Shown here piece by piece: positions 45,734 through 57,345 of a DNA stretch of 64,000 nucleotides. The DNA is from Macrostomum hystrix (taxonomy: Eukaryota > Animalia > Platyhelminthes). Numbering within the stretch: position 1 is the stretch's first letter; the number at the start of each line of letters is the position of its first letter. The notes under the pieces were generated by a model, which did no database searches, was not told the origin of the DNA, and saw only the letters and a program-made list of their open reading frames with translations. A program made the position numbers and the translations under genes. The stretch lies in NCBI GenBank assembly GCA_950097015.1, contig CATNEN010000011.1, positions 2,914,001 through 2,978,000 on the forward strand. The letters are read 5' to 3'.

Positions 45734-45935
45734 GTACTTGAAAATTAAGTGTTTGACTAAAAGTAGCACCTGAAGGTTATTAGGTCAATCAATGTCAAAT
45801 GAAGTGATGGTTGTCATTTATTACTATAATTTTTTACTACATTTTCAGTAAATCACAATCACAAAAACAAAGCTTTTCAAAGTCTGCTATATTCTTTGTT
45901 AAAGTGAATCGACAACTTTATAAGCAAAGGCAACA

Positions 45936-48900
45936 ATGGAGGCTAGCAGTCTATGCACAATGGCCACTTGCGTCCTAAACCAATGGTCAATGGATTTCGA
46001 AGGAAATAAGCGTAGAATTTTAGCTAGCATTGTCCAGGCTAAGCTATCTGGTGCGTCTTATCGACTCGGACCGGAATTAGAGATTACCGGCTACGGCTGC
46101 TCGGATCATTTCTACGAAGGCGACACATTTCTGCATAGTTGGCAGGTGTTGCGCGATTTACTAATCGATCCCAATACTAGGGATATTGTCTGCGACGTTG
46201 GTATGCCAGTTAGGCACAATGGCGTGGCCTACAACTGTCGAGTTGTGTTTCTAAATGGCCAAATTCTGATTGTTCGGCCGAAGACTCGTATGGCGGACGA
46301 TGGCAACTACAGGTGCGTTGTTATGACTTATGACTAGAAGGTCGATGGTTCGATTCCTGACTCCAGACTTATTAAGGGTGGGTTTGGGCTTCCTTCCAGT
46401 CCATGGACTGAAAAGCCGTACGCAGTCTGCACATTTAACTCTGTGATAATTAAAAAATCATAGAAATTACTGTATCTTATTAGTTTAGATTAGACCAAAG
46501 ATAGTTCTTTAGTGTGCCACTCATTAGATGACGAGGCATCTCACTATGTTAATAAAGTCATAGTTACTCTCGATATCTACCTTAATTAATCATTTTTAGT
46601 TTTTAATTAACTTTTAAAGCAATTTATATAAAAAATCAATTTCTTTCTCAGAGAATCGCGTTGGTTCTCGCGTTGGACCAAGAGAGGCCAAGTAGATCTG
46701 AAATTTCAACTGCCAGACATCATCGAGTCTGCCACTGGCCAAGCCAATGCCCCGTTTGGCGACGCTGTCCTAGCGTTCCGCGACGCCAGTCTTGGCTTCG
46801 AAACCTGCGAAGAAGTTTGGACTATCGGTTCCACTCACATCGACCTGTTCCTAGACGGTGTGGACATTGTTGTCAACAGTTCCGGCAGTTATCACCAGCT
46901 CAGAAAATTGAATCGCCGAGTAGATCTAATCACCAGCTGCACTAACAAGGCTGGCGGATTGTATTTGTACTCTAATTTAAGAGGCTGCGACGGCGAACGC
47001 GTGTACTACGACGGCGCCGCTCTGGTGGCAATGAATGGTCGCCTAGTAGCTCAGAGTCGACAATTCGCCCTCGAAGAAGTTGAAGTTCTGTCCGCCACTG
47101 TTGACCTAGAAGAGGTGCGAAATTATCGCCAGAGTAATCGGTCGCATTGTCAGCAAAGCGCTGAAGCCATCGCTCTGACTAGGATTGCTGTGCCCCAGTG
47201 GCGACTGTGCCGGAATGATGTTGCTGCTGATTGTCAGGTAAGGAATTCTCACTCCCAATTTATTATATTGGGACTTTTCGCTTGTTTATTATGCCAGTGC
47301 TCTACAATTTCACTCCTCTAAAATGTCACTCGTCTAAAATGTCACTCGTCTAAAATGTCACTCGTCTAAAATGTCACTCGTCTAAAATGTCACTCGTCTA
47401 AAATGTCACTCGTCTAAAATGTCACTCGTCTAAAATGTCACTCGTCTAAAATGTCACTCGTCTAAAATGTCACTCGTCTAAAATGTCACTCCTTCATAGT
47501 GTCACTCCTTTAAAATTTCACTCCTTCATAGTGTCACTCTATCATAGTGTCACTCTATCATAATGTCACTCTATCATAATGTCACTCTATTATAATGTCA
47601 CTCTATTATAATGTCACTCTATCATAATGTTACTCTATCAAAATGTCACTCCTTCATAATGTCACTCTATCATAATGTGACTCCTTCATAATGTTACCCA
47701 GCCATAATGTCACTCCTAAGACAGCTTACTTTTAATAAATTTTAGTCCTATTAAGTTTGGAGATTAAGTTAAAGTATAGATTTACTTGTAGTTATAAATA
47801 AAGGCGCTCTTTTTCCACTAAATCCAGAACACCAGCCTGCCTATGGAGCCGCGCTATCACACGCCCGAAGAAGAGATAAGCCTTGGCCCGGCCTGCTGGC
47901 TATGGGATTATCTCAGGCGCAGCGGTCAGTCCGGTTATTTCCTGCCGCTGAGCGGCGGCATTGATAGCACTGCCACTTCCTGTCTGGTCTACAGCATGTC
48001 TGTGCAGATATTCGACTCTGTGCAAACTGGTAGCGCCGAGGTGAGAATAAAAGCGTTTGTGATGCCTGCAATCCTTTAGATTCCACCGATCCCTTCTAAA
48101 AATTAAATGATCTTTTGAAAAAATTAGAAGAATATTTTCTAGAGTTCAATAATTCGTTTTAAGAATTTTACAGTAGTTTTTAGAACTCCGCGTTCCTCTC
48201 TAAGAATTCAACGATCCTTTCTTAGAATTCGACTATCCTTTCTAAGAATCAAACGATTCTAAAATTAAACAATCTGTTCGAGTAATTCGACGATCCTTTC
48301 TAAGAATTTAACGATCTTTTCTTAGAATCCAACAGTCTGTTCTAAGAAGTAGACGATCTTTTCTAAGAATTAAACGATATTTTTCAAAGAAATCGTCGCT
48401 ATTTTGTAAGAATGCAATTATCGTTTTTTCAGAATCCGAATTTTTTTCTTAGAATTCGACGTTCCCTTTTGAGAATTAGATAATTTTTATTATCAAATTA
48501 GACGATAAATTTTCTTGAATTGGACGATCCTTTCTAAGAATTTGTCAGTCTTTTTAGGTATTAAAAATCCGTTGTAAGAATTCGACAAAAAATAAAAATA
48601 ATATTTTTTTCTTTATGAGAATTCGATAATCTGCGATAGTTATCTATAAGCCTACTATTGTTTCTAAGAATTCGTCTCTATTTGTAGATAGAGAATCCCA
48701 AAAACCTTTATAGGAATTAAAATATTGTTTCCAGGAATCTCGCGTTCTTTTCTAAGAATCGTCTGTTTTTCCTATAAACTAGTGAATTTTTACTATCAGA
48801 CGATTCCAAAAAATCCCACAAAATCCCACCACAGGTTCTCGCCGATCTGCGCAGAATTGTTCGCGATCCCAAATTTGTGCCAACTTCGCCCAGGGAGATC

Positions 48901-51643
48901 TGCTCTCGCCTGTTCACCACCTGCTACATGGGCTCTGAGAACAGCTCGCGAGAGACCGAGCAGCGCGCCAAACAGCTGTCTAAGGAAATCGGAGCTACTC
49001 ATCTTGGGCTGAGGATCGACTCTGCGGTAAAAAAAAGTGGAAATTCATGCATATATAATTATACTTCAGCAGCTGGTTGCAATATGCAACCCTACACTTA
49101 AGTCCCTAATCTCTAAACCACGGGTTCCCGTTCATTTATCCCTTTTCATAACTCATGATCCTAGATCGTAATACCTAATCTCTTTAATCCGAATCCGTGA
49201 TCATAATCCTTTTTCCCTCTTATCCTAATCAGTGATCATAATCCCTTATCTCTCTAAACCTAATCCGTGATCATAATCCCTTATCTGTCTGAACCTAATC
49301 CATGATCGTAATCCCTTGTCTCTCTTATCCTAATCCGTGATCACAATCCCCTTGTTTCTATAATCGTAATCCTTGATGATGATAATTGATCTGAAACAAC
49401 CAAATCCGGGATTATAATCGTTGATCCCTATAATCACAATCCATGATCTGTAAACTCCATCCTTGCGTTCCTTTAAATAGTTTTTAGTTATCTTATATTT
49501 ACCTATTAGCATATAAAAATTGTGTTTGCAGATTTCCATCTGAAACAGTCAGCCTAAATTCCTCGCGCATTGCAGGTCTCTGCTCTCGTCGCCATATTCG
49601 TTGCCTGCACTTCATTCAAGCCGAGGTTTCGCGCACACGGCGGCGGAGCGCAGGAGAATTTGGCTCTGCAAAATGTTCAGGCCAGGGTGCGCATGGTGCT
49701 GGCCTATCTGTTTGCTCAGCTAGTGCTGCTGTCCAGGTGAGTCTAGTCTGTGTAGTTTTCAACCAGAGAAACCTGTTAATCTGTATGACGATAAATCAAA
49801 TAAATAAAATAATCTGCTGTGAATGATACTGTCAATCTATCAAGACAATTAGCCACCTGTTTAGGTTAAAAATCAACATGTCAGCCAATCAACCTGCTGG
49901 TAAAAAAGCTGATCTACCTGTCAGAAATCTACCTGTCAGAAATCTACCTGTCAGAAATCTACCTGTCAGAAATTCTATCTGTCAGAAATCTACCTGTCAG
50001 AAATCTACCTGTCAGAAATCTACCTGTCAGAAATCTACCTGTCAATAAATCTACCTGTCAATAAATCTACCTGTCAATAAATCTACCTGTCAATAAATCT
50101 ACCTGTCAGAAATCTACCTGTCAATAAATCTACCTGTCAATAAATCTACCTGTCAATAAATCTACCTGTCAATAAGTCTACCTGTCAATAAATCTACCTG
50201 TCAATAAATCTAACTGTCCATAAATTTACCTGTCAATAAGTCTACCTGTCCATAAATCTACCTGTCAATAAATCTACCTGTCAATAAATCTACATGTCAA
50301 TAAATCTACCTGTCAATAAATCTACCTGTCCATAAATCTACCTGTCAGAAATCTACCTGTCAGAAATCTACTTATCAGAAATATATCTGTCATAAATCTA
50401 CTTGTCCTAAATCTGCCTGTCATAAATCTACCTGTCAATAAATCTACCTGTCAATAAATCTACCTGTCAGAAATCTACCTGTCAGAAATCTACTTATCAG
50501 AAATATATGTCATAAATCTACTTGTCCTAAATCTACCTGTCAATAAATCTACCTGTAAATAAATCTACCTGTCAATAAATCTACCTGTCAATAAATCTAC
50601 CTGTCCATAAATCTACTTACCTGTCAGTTGATCAACTAGTTTGGCTATACTACCATATACTAACATACGAACGTAGTAGTCATTTCGTAATACTTTATTA
50701 TGCACAGCCGCATCTGAAGGTTCATTCTATAGACTGGGGGGGGGCTACACGCACCCTTAATTACCCCAACAAAATCTGTTACCTATTTTATAGCTAGGTT
50801 AACTGAAGCAAGTCATACTCAAGGCAAAATTGTTAAATTGTAGTCGGGAATCGAACCCCCGACCCTTCAGTCATGAGTCCGACACTCTAACTACTAGGTG
50901 ACAACGCCATTTTGAATTATTTATCTAAACTACCTATGAACAGTTGTAATTGTTATATTTTAAGTGACCTATCTACCAATCATTCAATCACTCCCTCGCA
51001 CAGAGGCCTAGCCGGTAATCTGTTAGTTCTGGGCAGCGCCAATCTAGATGAAGGCCTTCGCGGCTACATGACCAAATACGACTGCTCAAGCGCCGATGTG
51101 AATCCAATCGGCGGTATCAGCAAGTCCGATCTGCGTTCATTCATTCGCTACATGATGCGCCGGCACGATATTGCCATCCTGGGTGACATCTTCTCAGCTC
51201 CGCCAACAGCGGAACTAGAGCCGCTGGCTACTGATGGCCGACTAGCTCAAACTGACGAAGCTGACATGGGCATGACCTACGACGAATTGTCAATCTACGG
51301 CCGGCTGAGAAAGTTGGACAAATGCGGCCCGGTTGCTATGTTCCTGAGATTGAGACGGCTTTGGCCTCTGCTCAGCCCCATAGAGGTGGCCGACAAAGTC
51401 AAGCACTTCTTCAGATCCTATTCTATAAATAGGCACAAGGTGACTGTTCTGACGCCGTCTTATCACGCCGAAGCCTACAATATCGACGACAATAGGTTTG
51501 ACCATAGACAGTTTCTTTACAATGTCAATTGGCCTTGGCAGTTTGCTGAAATTGATCGCCTGGTTGAAAGAATGCTTCTAGTTGGTCAATCTAACTCAGG
51601 TCACGGACCAGTGGATGATCAGAAGGTTAGTTTTTTATATTGA
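45936..51643 (+). CDS. NADSYN1: Glutamine-dependent NAD+ synthetase; exons 45936-46312, 46652-47237, 47828-48040, 48835-49026, 49576-49736, 51004-51643 (722 aa if read to TGA 51643)
   Basis: [89 protein letters not shown] and SINRHK motifs; all five GT-AG introns join in frame. Confidence 0.93.
46335..46445 (+). mobile_element. SINE family 2 fragment in NADSYN1 intron 1
   Basis: B-box GGTTCGATTCC, then TTAAGGGTGGG..CCAGTCCATGGACTGAA..CCGTACGCAG shared with 26840-26885. Confidence 0.65.
47318..47720. repeat. 16-bp minisatellite (TAAAATGTCACTCGTC) grading into ATGTCACTCTATCATA variants, NADSYN1 intron 2
   Basis: GTCAC at 47341 and 47357 (period 16). Confidence 0.95.
48080..48780. repeat. Degenerate AT-rich array (TTTCTAAGAATT..ACGAT) in NADSYN1 intron 3
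   Basis: Recurrent TTCTAAGAAT motif, similar to the 53.8-kb array unit. Confidence 0.65.
49110..49460. repeat. Degenerate ATCCGTGATCATAATCCCT array in NADSYN1 intron 4
   Basis: Recurrent motif, irregular spacing. Confidence 0.65.
49915..50625. repeat. 15-bp minisatellite (AAATCTACCTGTCAG/AAT) in NADSYN1 intron 5
   Basis: About 47 tandem units. Confidence 0.95.
50690..50910 (-). mobile_element. SINE family 2 copy with a recognisable tRNA-derived head
   Basis: Reverse complement GGCGTTGTCACCTAGTAGTTAGAGTGTCGGACTCATGACTGAAGGGTCGGGGTTCGATTCCCGAC has an intact T-arm but a broken acceptor stem; then CTTCAGTTAACCTAGCTATAAAATAGG and TAATTAAGGGTG. Confidence 0.75.
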
Positions 51644-51654
51644 CGATTCACACA

Positions 51655-53060
51655 CACTTCGAGAAGTATTGATAATCATCCGAGGTTTGTAGGGTTCAGG
51701 GAGCCTATTGATAAAGGTGCCAATCATCTGAGGTTTGTAGGGTTCAGGGAGCCTATTGATAAAGGTGTCAATCATCTGAGGTTTGTAGGGTTCAGGGAGC
51801 CTATTGATAAAGGTGCCAATCATCTGAGGTTTGTAGGGTTCAGGGAGCCTATTGATAAAGGTGCCAATCATCTGAGGTTTGTAGGGTTCAGGGAGCCTAT
51901 TGATAAAGGTGCCAATCATCCGAGGTTTGTAGGGTTCAGGGAGCCTATTGATAATGGTGCCAATCATCTGAGGTTTGTAGGGTTCAGGGAGTCTATTGAT
52001 AAAGGTGCCAATCATCTGAGGTTTGTAGGGTTCAGGGAGCCTATTGATAATGGTGTCAATCATCTGAGGTTTGTAGGGTTCAGGGAGCCTATTGATAAAG
52101 GTGCCAATCATCTGAGGTTTGTAGGGTTCAGGGAGCCTATTGATAATGGTGTCAATCATCTGAGGTTTGTAGGGTTCAGGGAGCCTATTGATAAAGGTGT
52201 CAATCATCTGAGGTTTGTAGGGTTCAGGGAGCCTATTGATAATGGTGCCAATCATCTGAGGTTTTTTAGGGCTCAGGGAGCCTATTGATAATGGTGCCAA
52301 TCATCTGAGGTTTTTTAGGGCTCAGTAGCTTATTGATAATTGTGTCAATCATCTAAGGTTTTTTAGGGCTCAGTAGCTTATTGATAATTGTGTCAATCAT
52401 CTAAGGGTTTTTAGGGCTCAGTAGCTTATTGATAATTGTGTCAATCATCTAAGGTTTTTTAGGGCTCAGTAGCTTATTGATAATTGTGTCAATCATCTAA
52501 GGTTTTTTAGGGCTCAGTAGCTTATTGATAATTGTGTCAATCATCTAAGGGTTTTTAGGGCTCAGTAGCTTATTGATAATTGTGTCAATCATCTAAGGGT
52601 TTTTAGGGCTCAGTAGCTTATTGATAATTGTGTCAATCATCTAAGGTTTTTTAGGGCTCAGTAGCTTATTGATAATTGTGTCAATCATCTAAGGGTTTTT
52701 AGGGCTCAGTAGCTTATTGATAATTGTGTCAATCATCTAAGGGTTTTTAGGGCTCAGTAGCTTATTGATAATTGTGTCAATCATCTAAGGTTTTTTAGGG
52801 CTCAGTAGCTTATTGATAATTGTGTCAATCATCTAAGGGTTTTTAGGGCTCAGTAGCTTATTGATAATTGTGTCAATCATCTAAGGGTTTTTAGGGCTCA
52901 GTAGCTTATTGATAATTGTGTCAATCATCTAAGGGTTTTTAGGGCTCAGTAGCTTATTGATAATTGTGTCAATCATCTAAGGGTTTTTAGGGCTCAGTAG
53001 CTTATTGATAATTGTGTCAATCATCTAAGGGTTTTTAGGGCTCAGTAGCTTATTGATAAT
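51655..53060. repeat. 48-bp minisatellite with two homogenised domains (variant A to ~52250, variant B from ~52320)
   Basis: CAATC at 51721 and 51769; TTGATA at 52381 and 52429. Confidence 0.97.
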
Positions 53061-53132
53061 TTTCATTAATCCCTTCAGACTTCTATGATATTGCAAAAAA
53101 AATCTCATTGAATTTCTTTTATTCTATTCAAG

Positions 53133-54644
53133 ATGGAATCGAACCAGCAGCAGCAGTCTGATGCTCAACGCGGAGCTGCTGGCAATGGCTCTGACACAGG
53201 CGCTGGCTTCTCAAATGTCATCAACTCCGCTGGAACTTTCAATCAAGCTGTAAAGCATCAATTGAACTCTAAGGTTAACAGTAACGCCGGCGCGTCAATT
53301 AGAAAGCAGGGAAGCACTGTTGGAGCTACCGTTGGAGGTAGTCTTGGATATCAGGTAAGTCCTAAAATTAGGGATGCTTTTCGAAAATATAGAGTTTTTT
53401 AAATATCGAATATAACCAATAAAAATCTAAAAATTGACGTGATTTTCGAAGAATTGTAAATGAACCATTTTTTAAGGAAATTCTTAAACATAAACGTCGA
53501 GAAAGTTGTGGAAATATCGGGTTGTTTTCTAGGAATATGAAGAAATTTCGGTAGTTTTTTATGAATTAGATAAAATATTGGTTGTTTTCTAAGAATCATG
53601 AAATATAGATTCTTTCTAGGAATTTAATAAAATATCAGTACTTTTATTGGAATTAAAAAATGTCTGTTGTTTTCTAAGAGTTAGAAAAAATATCAGTTGT
53701 TTTCTAGGAATTGAAGGAAATATCGGTTCTTTTCTAGGAATTTAATAATATATCAATTGTTTCTTGAGTTTGTTGAAATTCTTTTCTAGGAATTTATTGA
53801 AATGTCGATTTTTTTCTAGGAATTTGTTAAAATGTCGATTTTTTTCTAGGAATTTGTTGAAATATCGATTCTTTTCTAGGAATTTGTTGAAATGTCGATT
53901 CTTTTCTAGGAATTTGTTGAAATGTCGATTATTTTCTAGGAATTTGTTGAAATGTCGATTCTTTTCTAGGAATTTGTTGAAATGTCGATTCTTTTCTAGG
54001 AATTTGTTGAAATGTCGATTCTTTTCTAGGAATTTGTTGAAATGTCAATTCTTTTCTAGGAATTAGAAAAAGTGTCGGTTGCTTTCTAAGAATTTGTTGA
54101 AATATCGATTGTTTTCTAAGGACCCGATGAAAAGTCGCTAGTTTTCTTAAAATCAATAAATCAAAATTTTATTCCTTCTGAATAGAAGATTTCTAAAAAG
54201 GGGATAAAAATGTTTGAAACACCTCAACCGCAAATCCCACAGGGCTGTGTTCGCCTGCTAGCCCAGATCAGCCGCCAACGCGCGGCCTGGCGTGGCGGCA
54301 TCGCCACAACGCCTATTCCGCCATTGGAATCGGCCGCAGCTCGTATCCTAGGCGGCGGAGGCGCTGGTATCGGCTTAGCGTCTCGCCGTCGCCGTCCAGT
54401 AGCCTTAGCCGAGCGTAGACCAAATCTAGGCCGCGTAGAGAAGCGAGCCTCGCCATTGTCGAAGGCCAACGCCAACTGTCTAGATAGGCATGCTGGATTG
54501 CGGGATACCGATGTAGTTGCTAGGCTGACACTGTCGCCTAGAGGCGATCCGAAAATCAACAATGCCGACGGAGAACATTTTTCAGACTATCGTCAGGAGC
54601 ATCGCCAGCCCCTGCCAGCGCCTAGAATGAGGGTTGTGCGTTGA
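53133..54644 (+). CDS. Two putative exons (53133-53354, 54243-54644) encoding ~207 aa of low-complexity G/S/A/N then R-rich sequence; either a NADSYN1 C-terminal extension or a separate small gene
   Basis: TTCAAG acceptor immediately before ATG 53133; CAG|GTAAGT donor; CCCACAG acceptor at 54242; all phase 0; GC-rich coding-like composition within AT-rich repeat DNA. Confidence 0.5.
53400..54160. repeat. 30-bp minisatellite (AATTTGTTGAAATGTCGATTCTTTTCTAGG) with degenerate flanks
   Basis: AATTTGTTGA at 53881 and 53911. Confidence 0.92.
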
Positions 54645-54923
54645 GGCAAGTTTGGAACGGTAGTTTTTTAAAATAAGAACTCGATCAGCTGTAGAAAGAC
54701 CATGCTATTTTTACCCCCCGGGATTTCAAATACCCACTGTCTACTTCACGATAGCTCCCAAACCGAATGACCGATTTTCGTGAAAGTCCACCAAATTGAT
54801 TTAATGTTTCCGTCTTTTACGATTAAGTCACTTTCAAAGCCGTCCGACGTCAGCATCGGCGAGATATTCAGCGTAAATGAATGTGTAAATATAAATCAGA
54901 TGCTTCTGTGTAAACCGCTATGG

Positions 54924-55770
54924 CAGGGGTCGGCAAACTCCGGCCCGCGGGCCAGATCCGGCCCTCGAAGCTCCCAAATCCGGTCCGTGGCCCCTTCCAA
55001 CACATACAGTATCCTGTTTCATCTCTCTATGATCTGGAGATGGAGTCTCATACTCTCCTCGGTCTCGTCTGTAATGTGTCTTATCTCTCCTCTGTCTCAT
55101 GTCCCGCTAAAAAATAGGCATGTTTCTTTCGGTGATTCTAGTTGGAATCTGCGGTGTTTCCAGAAAAAGAAACAGCCGAACGCTGGAAACATACCAATCG
55201 GATGATTCCATGCTTAGAATCTACCCAACTGGGCGTTTTCTCGGTGCTTCTTGGTGGCGAAATGGAATCACCCAAAGAATCCTCCAGTTCGGAAGATTCC
55301 ATGCTCAGAAACCGCCGAGGAATCGCCCGTAAATAATTCTCTGGTTGTCCCATGGGCCACTGGTTCGGGTGATTCTTCGGCGGTTTCCGCACAATTTACG
55401 GTTACATCGGCTGCTTCCTGGGTGGTTTCTTTAACTCTTGCGAGATAGGGTGGATTTCGGTAGATTCCACTCCTATTTTGCACAAAAGACCCTCCGAAGA
55501 AGCAGCCTAATTTTTTACAGGGGTCTCCCTGGCTCACTCTTCTCTGTCCCATCTCTTCTTTGTCTCATCTCTCCCCTGTCTCGTCTATCCCGTGTCTCAT
55601 CTATCCTGTGCCTCATCTCTTCCCTGTCTCATCTCTTCTGTGTCTCATCTCTCCGGCCCCTGTCTCATCTATCTCGATCCCGTTTCTTATATTCGAACAG
55701 TTAAGGCGGCCCGCTGTCGTCTTTTAGGTTCTCTCTGTGGCCCGCACGCTAATAAGTTTTCCGACCCCTG
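54924..55770. mobile_element. hAT (Charlie/Tip100-like) MITE, 847 bp including a nested element
   Basis: TIRs CAGGGGTCGGCAAACT / AGTTTTCCGACCCCTG (15/16); 8-bp flanks CGCTATGG / CTCTATGG; subterminal GGCCCGC motifs. Confidence 0.9.
55103..55522. mobile_element. Nested 420-bp non-autonomous element with CCC..GGG ends and 2-bp GT TSD (CACTA/CMC-like)
   Basis: CCCGCTAAAAAATAGG versus the reverse complement of CCTAATTTTTTACAGGG; GT on both sides; internal AAACCGCCGA / TCGGCGGTTT subterminal repeats. Confidence 0.6.
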
Positions 55771-56099
55771 CTCTATGGCGAATCCATATTGGTTCAGTAG
55801 TTAAAAATGAACAATAGCCGAGAGTTGATGAAATTCTGTGAGTAGTTTTTGCCACCAGACACCCCGGCGTCTGGAATCTTTGAATTTTTTTGTCGGATAT
55901 CCGGAAAATTTCATGACGATTGCTTAAATAATTTAGAAAAATACAGAAAAGAGAAAAATGTGGGTATTTGAAATTCCCCGTGATCTGTCTGCTGTTACTG
56001 TTGCTGTTAGTAATCACCCAAATGACTGTTTTTATACCCTGTTTTAGAAATGTTTGTCTATTAGGTCCTATTTAATTTTCTTCATCCGACAAAAGATCG

Positions 56100-56295
56100 T
56101 TGCAGCCCAGTAACGGCGTGCAGGTCGAGGGTTCGATTCCCGACTCTACTAGAAAATGTTTCAAGTAATTAAGGGTGGGTGACGTCCCCCCCCAATCCAC
56201 GGACTGTAAGCAGCCTTCTGATGTGCCGCGCAATAGCTGCTGCTGTGCTGTCGGCTGCACATGTTGCCCAATTTCGGCAGGTGTTATTAAAAAAA
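56100..56295 (+). mobile_element. SINE family 2 copy (internally deleted)
   Basis: GGTCGAGGGTTCGATTCCCGAC B-box; TAATTAAGGGTGGGTG..ATCCACGGACTG..GCTGTGCTGTCGGCTGCACAT 3' part. Confidence 0.7.
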
Positions 56296-56837
56296 TTTAA
56301 AAGGCCAATTTTCGCTAAATAGACTACTGTTTAAAGTCTTTTTTGTTGCTTTTTTCTCGCTAGTTTTCTGTCTGCTTAGCTAAGAGCGATAAGACATGTT
56401 TTATTTTGCTGTTTAAGTGTTTTATTAACTAAGTCTTGGCGTTTCGCATCATGTCAACAAATTCTTTTGTAGCTGATATTCTAACTAACATTGTGCGCGT
56501 TTTCTCAGAAATATATCACCTATCTATCTATTCCGGCCTTATTAAGCACTGATATGCTTTCTCTTTAAAGTTTTCTGAAAGTTTTTAAAGCCCAAATTCT
56601 TATATACTGGATTTTGACACCATTTTTAAACTTACAAAAACACAGATTTGTTATAGTTTTTTTAATTCGTAGATTTTTAATTATCTTAATCGATTGAAAA
56701 TAAACATGTTTTTAAATAGGTTCTATAATAAATATTATTTTCTGCAGTCGTTTTGCTTCATTTTGTAAATTTTTAAAATAGTTTAAGTATCTTCAACTGT
56801 ATCTATAGTGTTCAAATAGTTAGATATTCATTTGAAA

Positions 56838-56978
56838 GCTTGTAGCCCATTGATTAAGGCTCTGGAATTCTGACGGAAATGTCGGGAGTTCGATTCCTAG
56901 GCCATAAGGAAACTATGTGTGTCATTTGGTATTATTGAACATAATTTCCGTACTTCTTCAGTTCGTCCAGCTGTGAAT
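56838..56978 (+). mobile_element. tRNA-headed, CORE-like SINE (family 2-related) interrupted by SINE family 1 copy E
   Basis: TGTAGCCCATTGATTAAGG...GGAGTTCGATTCC head; CTTCAGTTCGTCCAGCTGTGAAT CORE-like segment; resumes as AGCTGAGAAATAAGTAC after 57345. Confidence 0.55.
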
Positions 56979-57345
56979 AATAAGAATAATAATTGCAGGA
57001 AGGGCTGCGGGCAACGACACATCATTTAGTGACACTAGACCCGCAGCCAGCGAGGAGACAATTCTGTCCATTTCGCTGACTCCTGAGCACACACGCACTC
57101 AGATACCGTACGCAGGCATACGCTCACACAGGTGTGTACATCTGCCCTGACTTTCTCGCCCTCAGGCAGTGTGCATTCTCACTGTGCCTTGGAGGTGGCC
57201 CTCGAGGACGTGAATTGCACGACAAGCCCCCAAGCCTTCTCGCCCGGACTGTACCCCAAAATTAATGTGGCATCGCTGGGCAATCGAGCTCAGGGACCTT
57301 GGTGCAAGAAACCAACGTGGTTAGACCGCTCTGCTACTGACCCCC
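56979..57345 (-). mobile_element. SINE family 1, full-length copy E
   Basis: Reverse complement: GGGGGTCAGTAGCAGAGCGGTCTAA (A-box), GAGCTCGATTGCCC (B-box), body, 3' hairpin, (ATT)n tail. Confidence 0.88.

Noticed and set aside
50840-50910. Apparent tRNA-Met (CAT) gene on the minus strand, and tRNA-like segments at 56.1, 56.85 and 57.3 kb
   Set aside because: Acceptor and anticodon stems do not pair, and each continues into a shared SINE body; they are called as SINE heads.
51635-52300. 221-aa minus-strand ORF of 16-aa repeats
   Set aside because: It is the translation of the 48-bp array, antisense to NADSYN1; no domain is recognisable.
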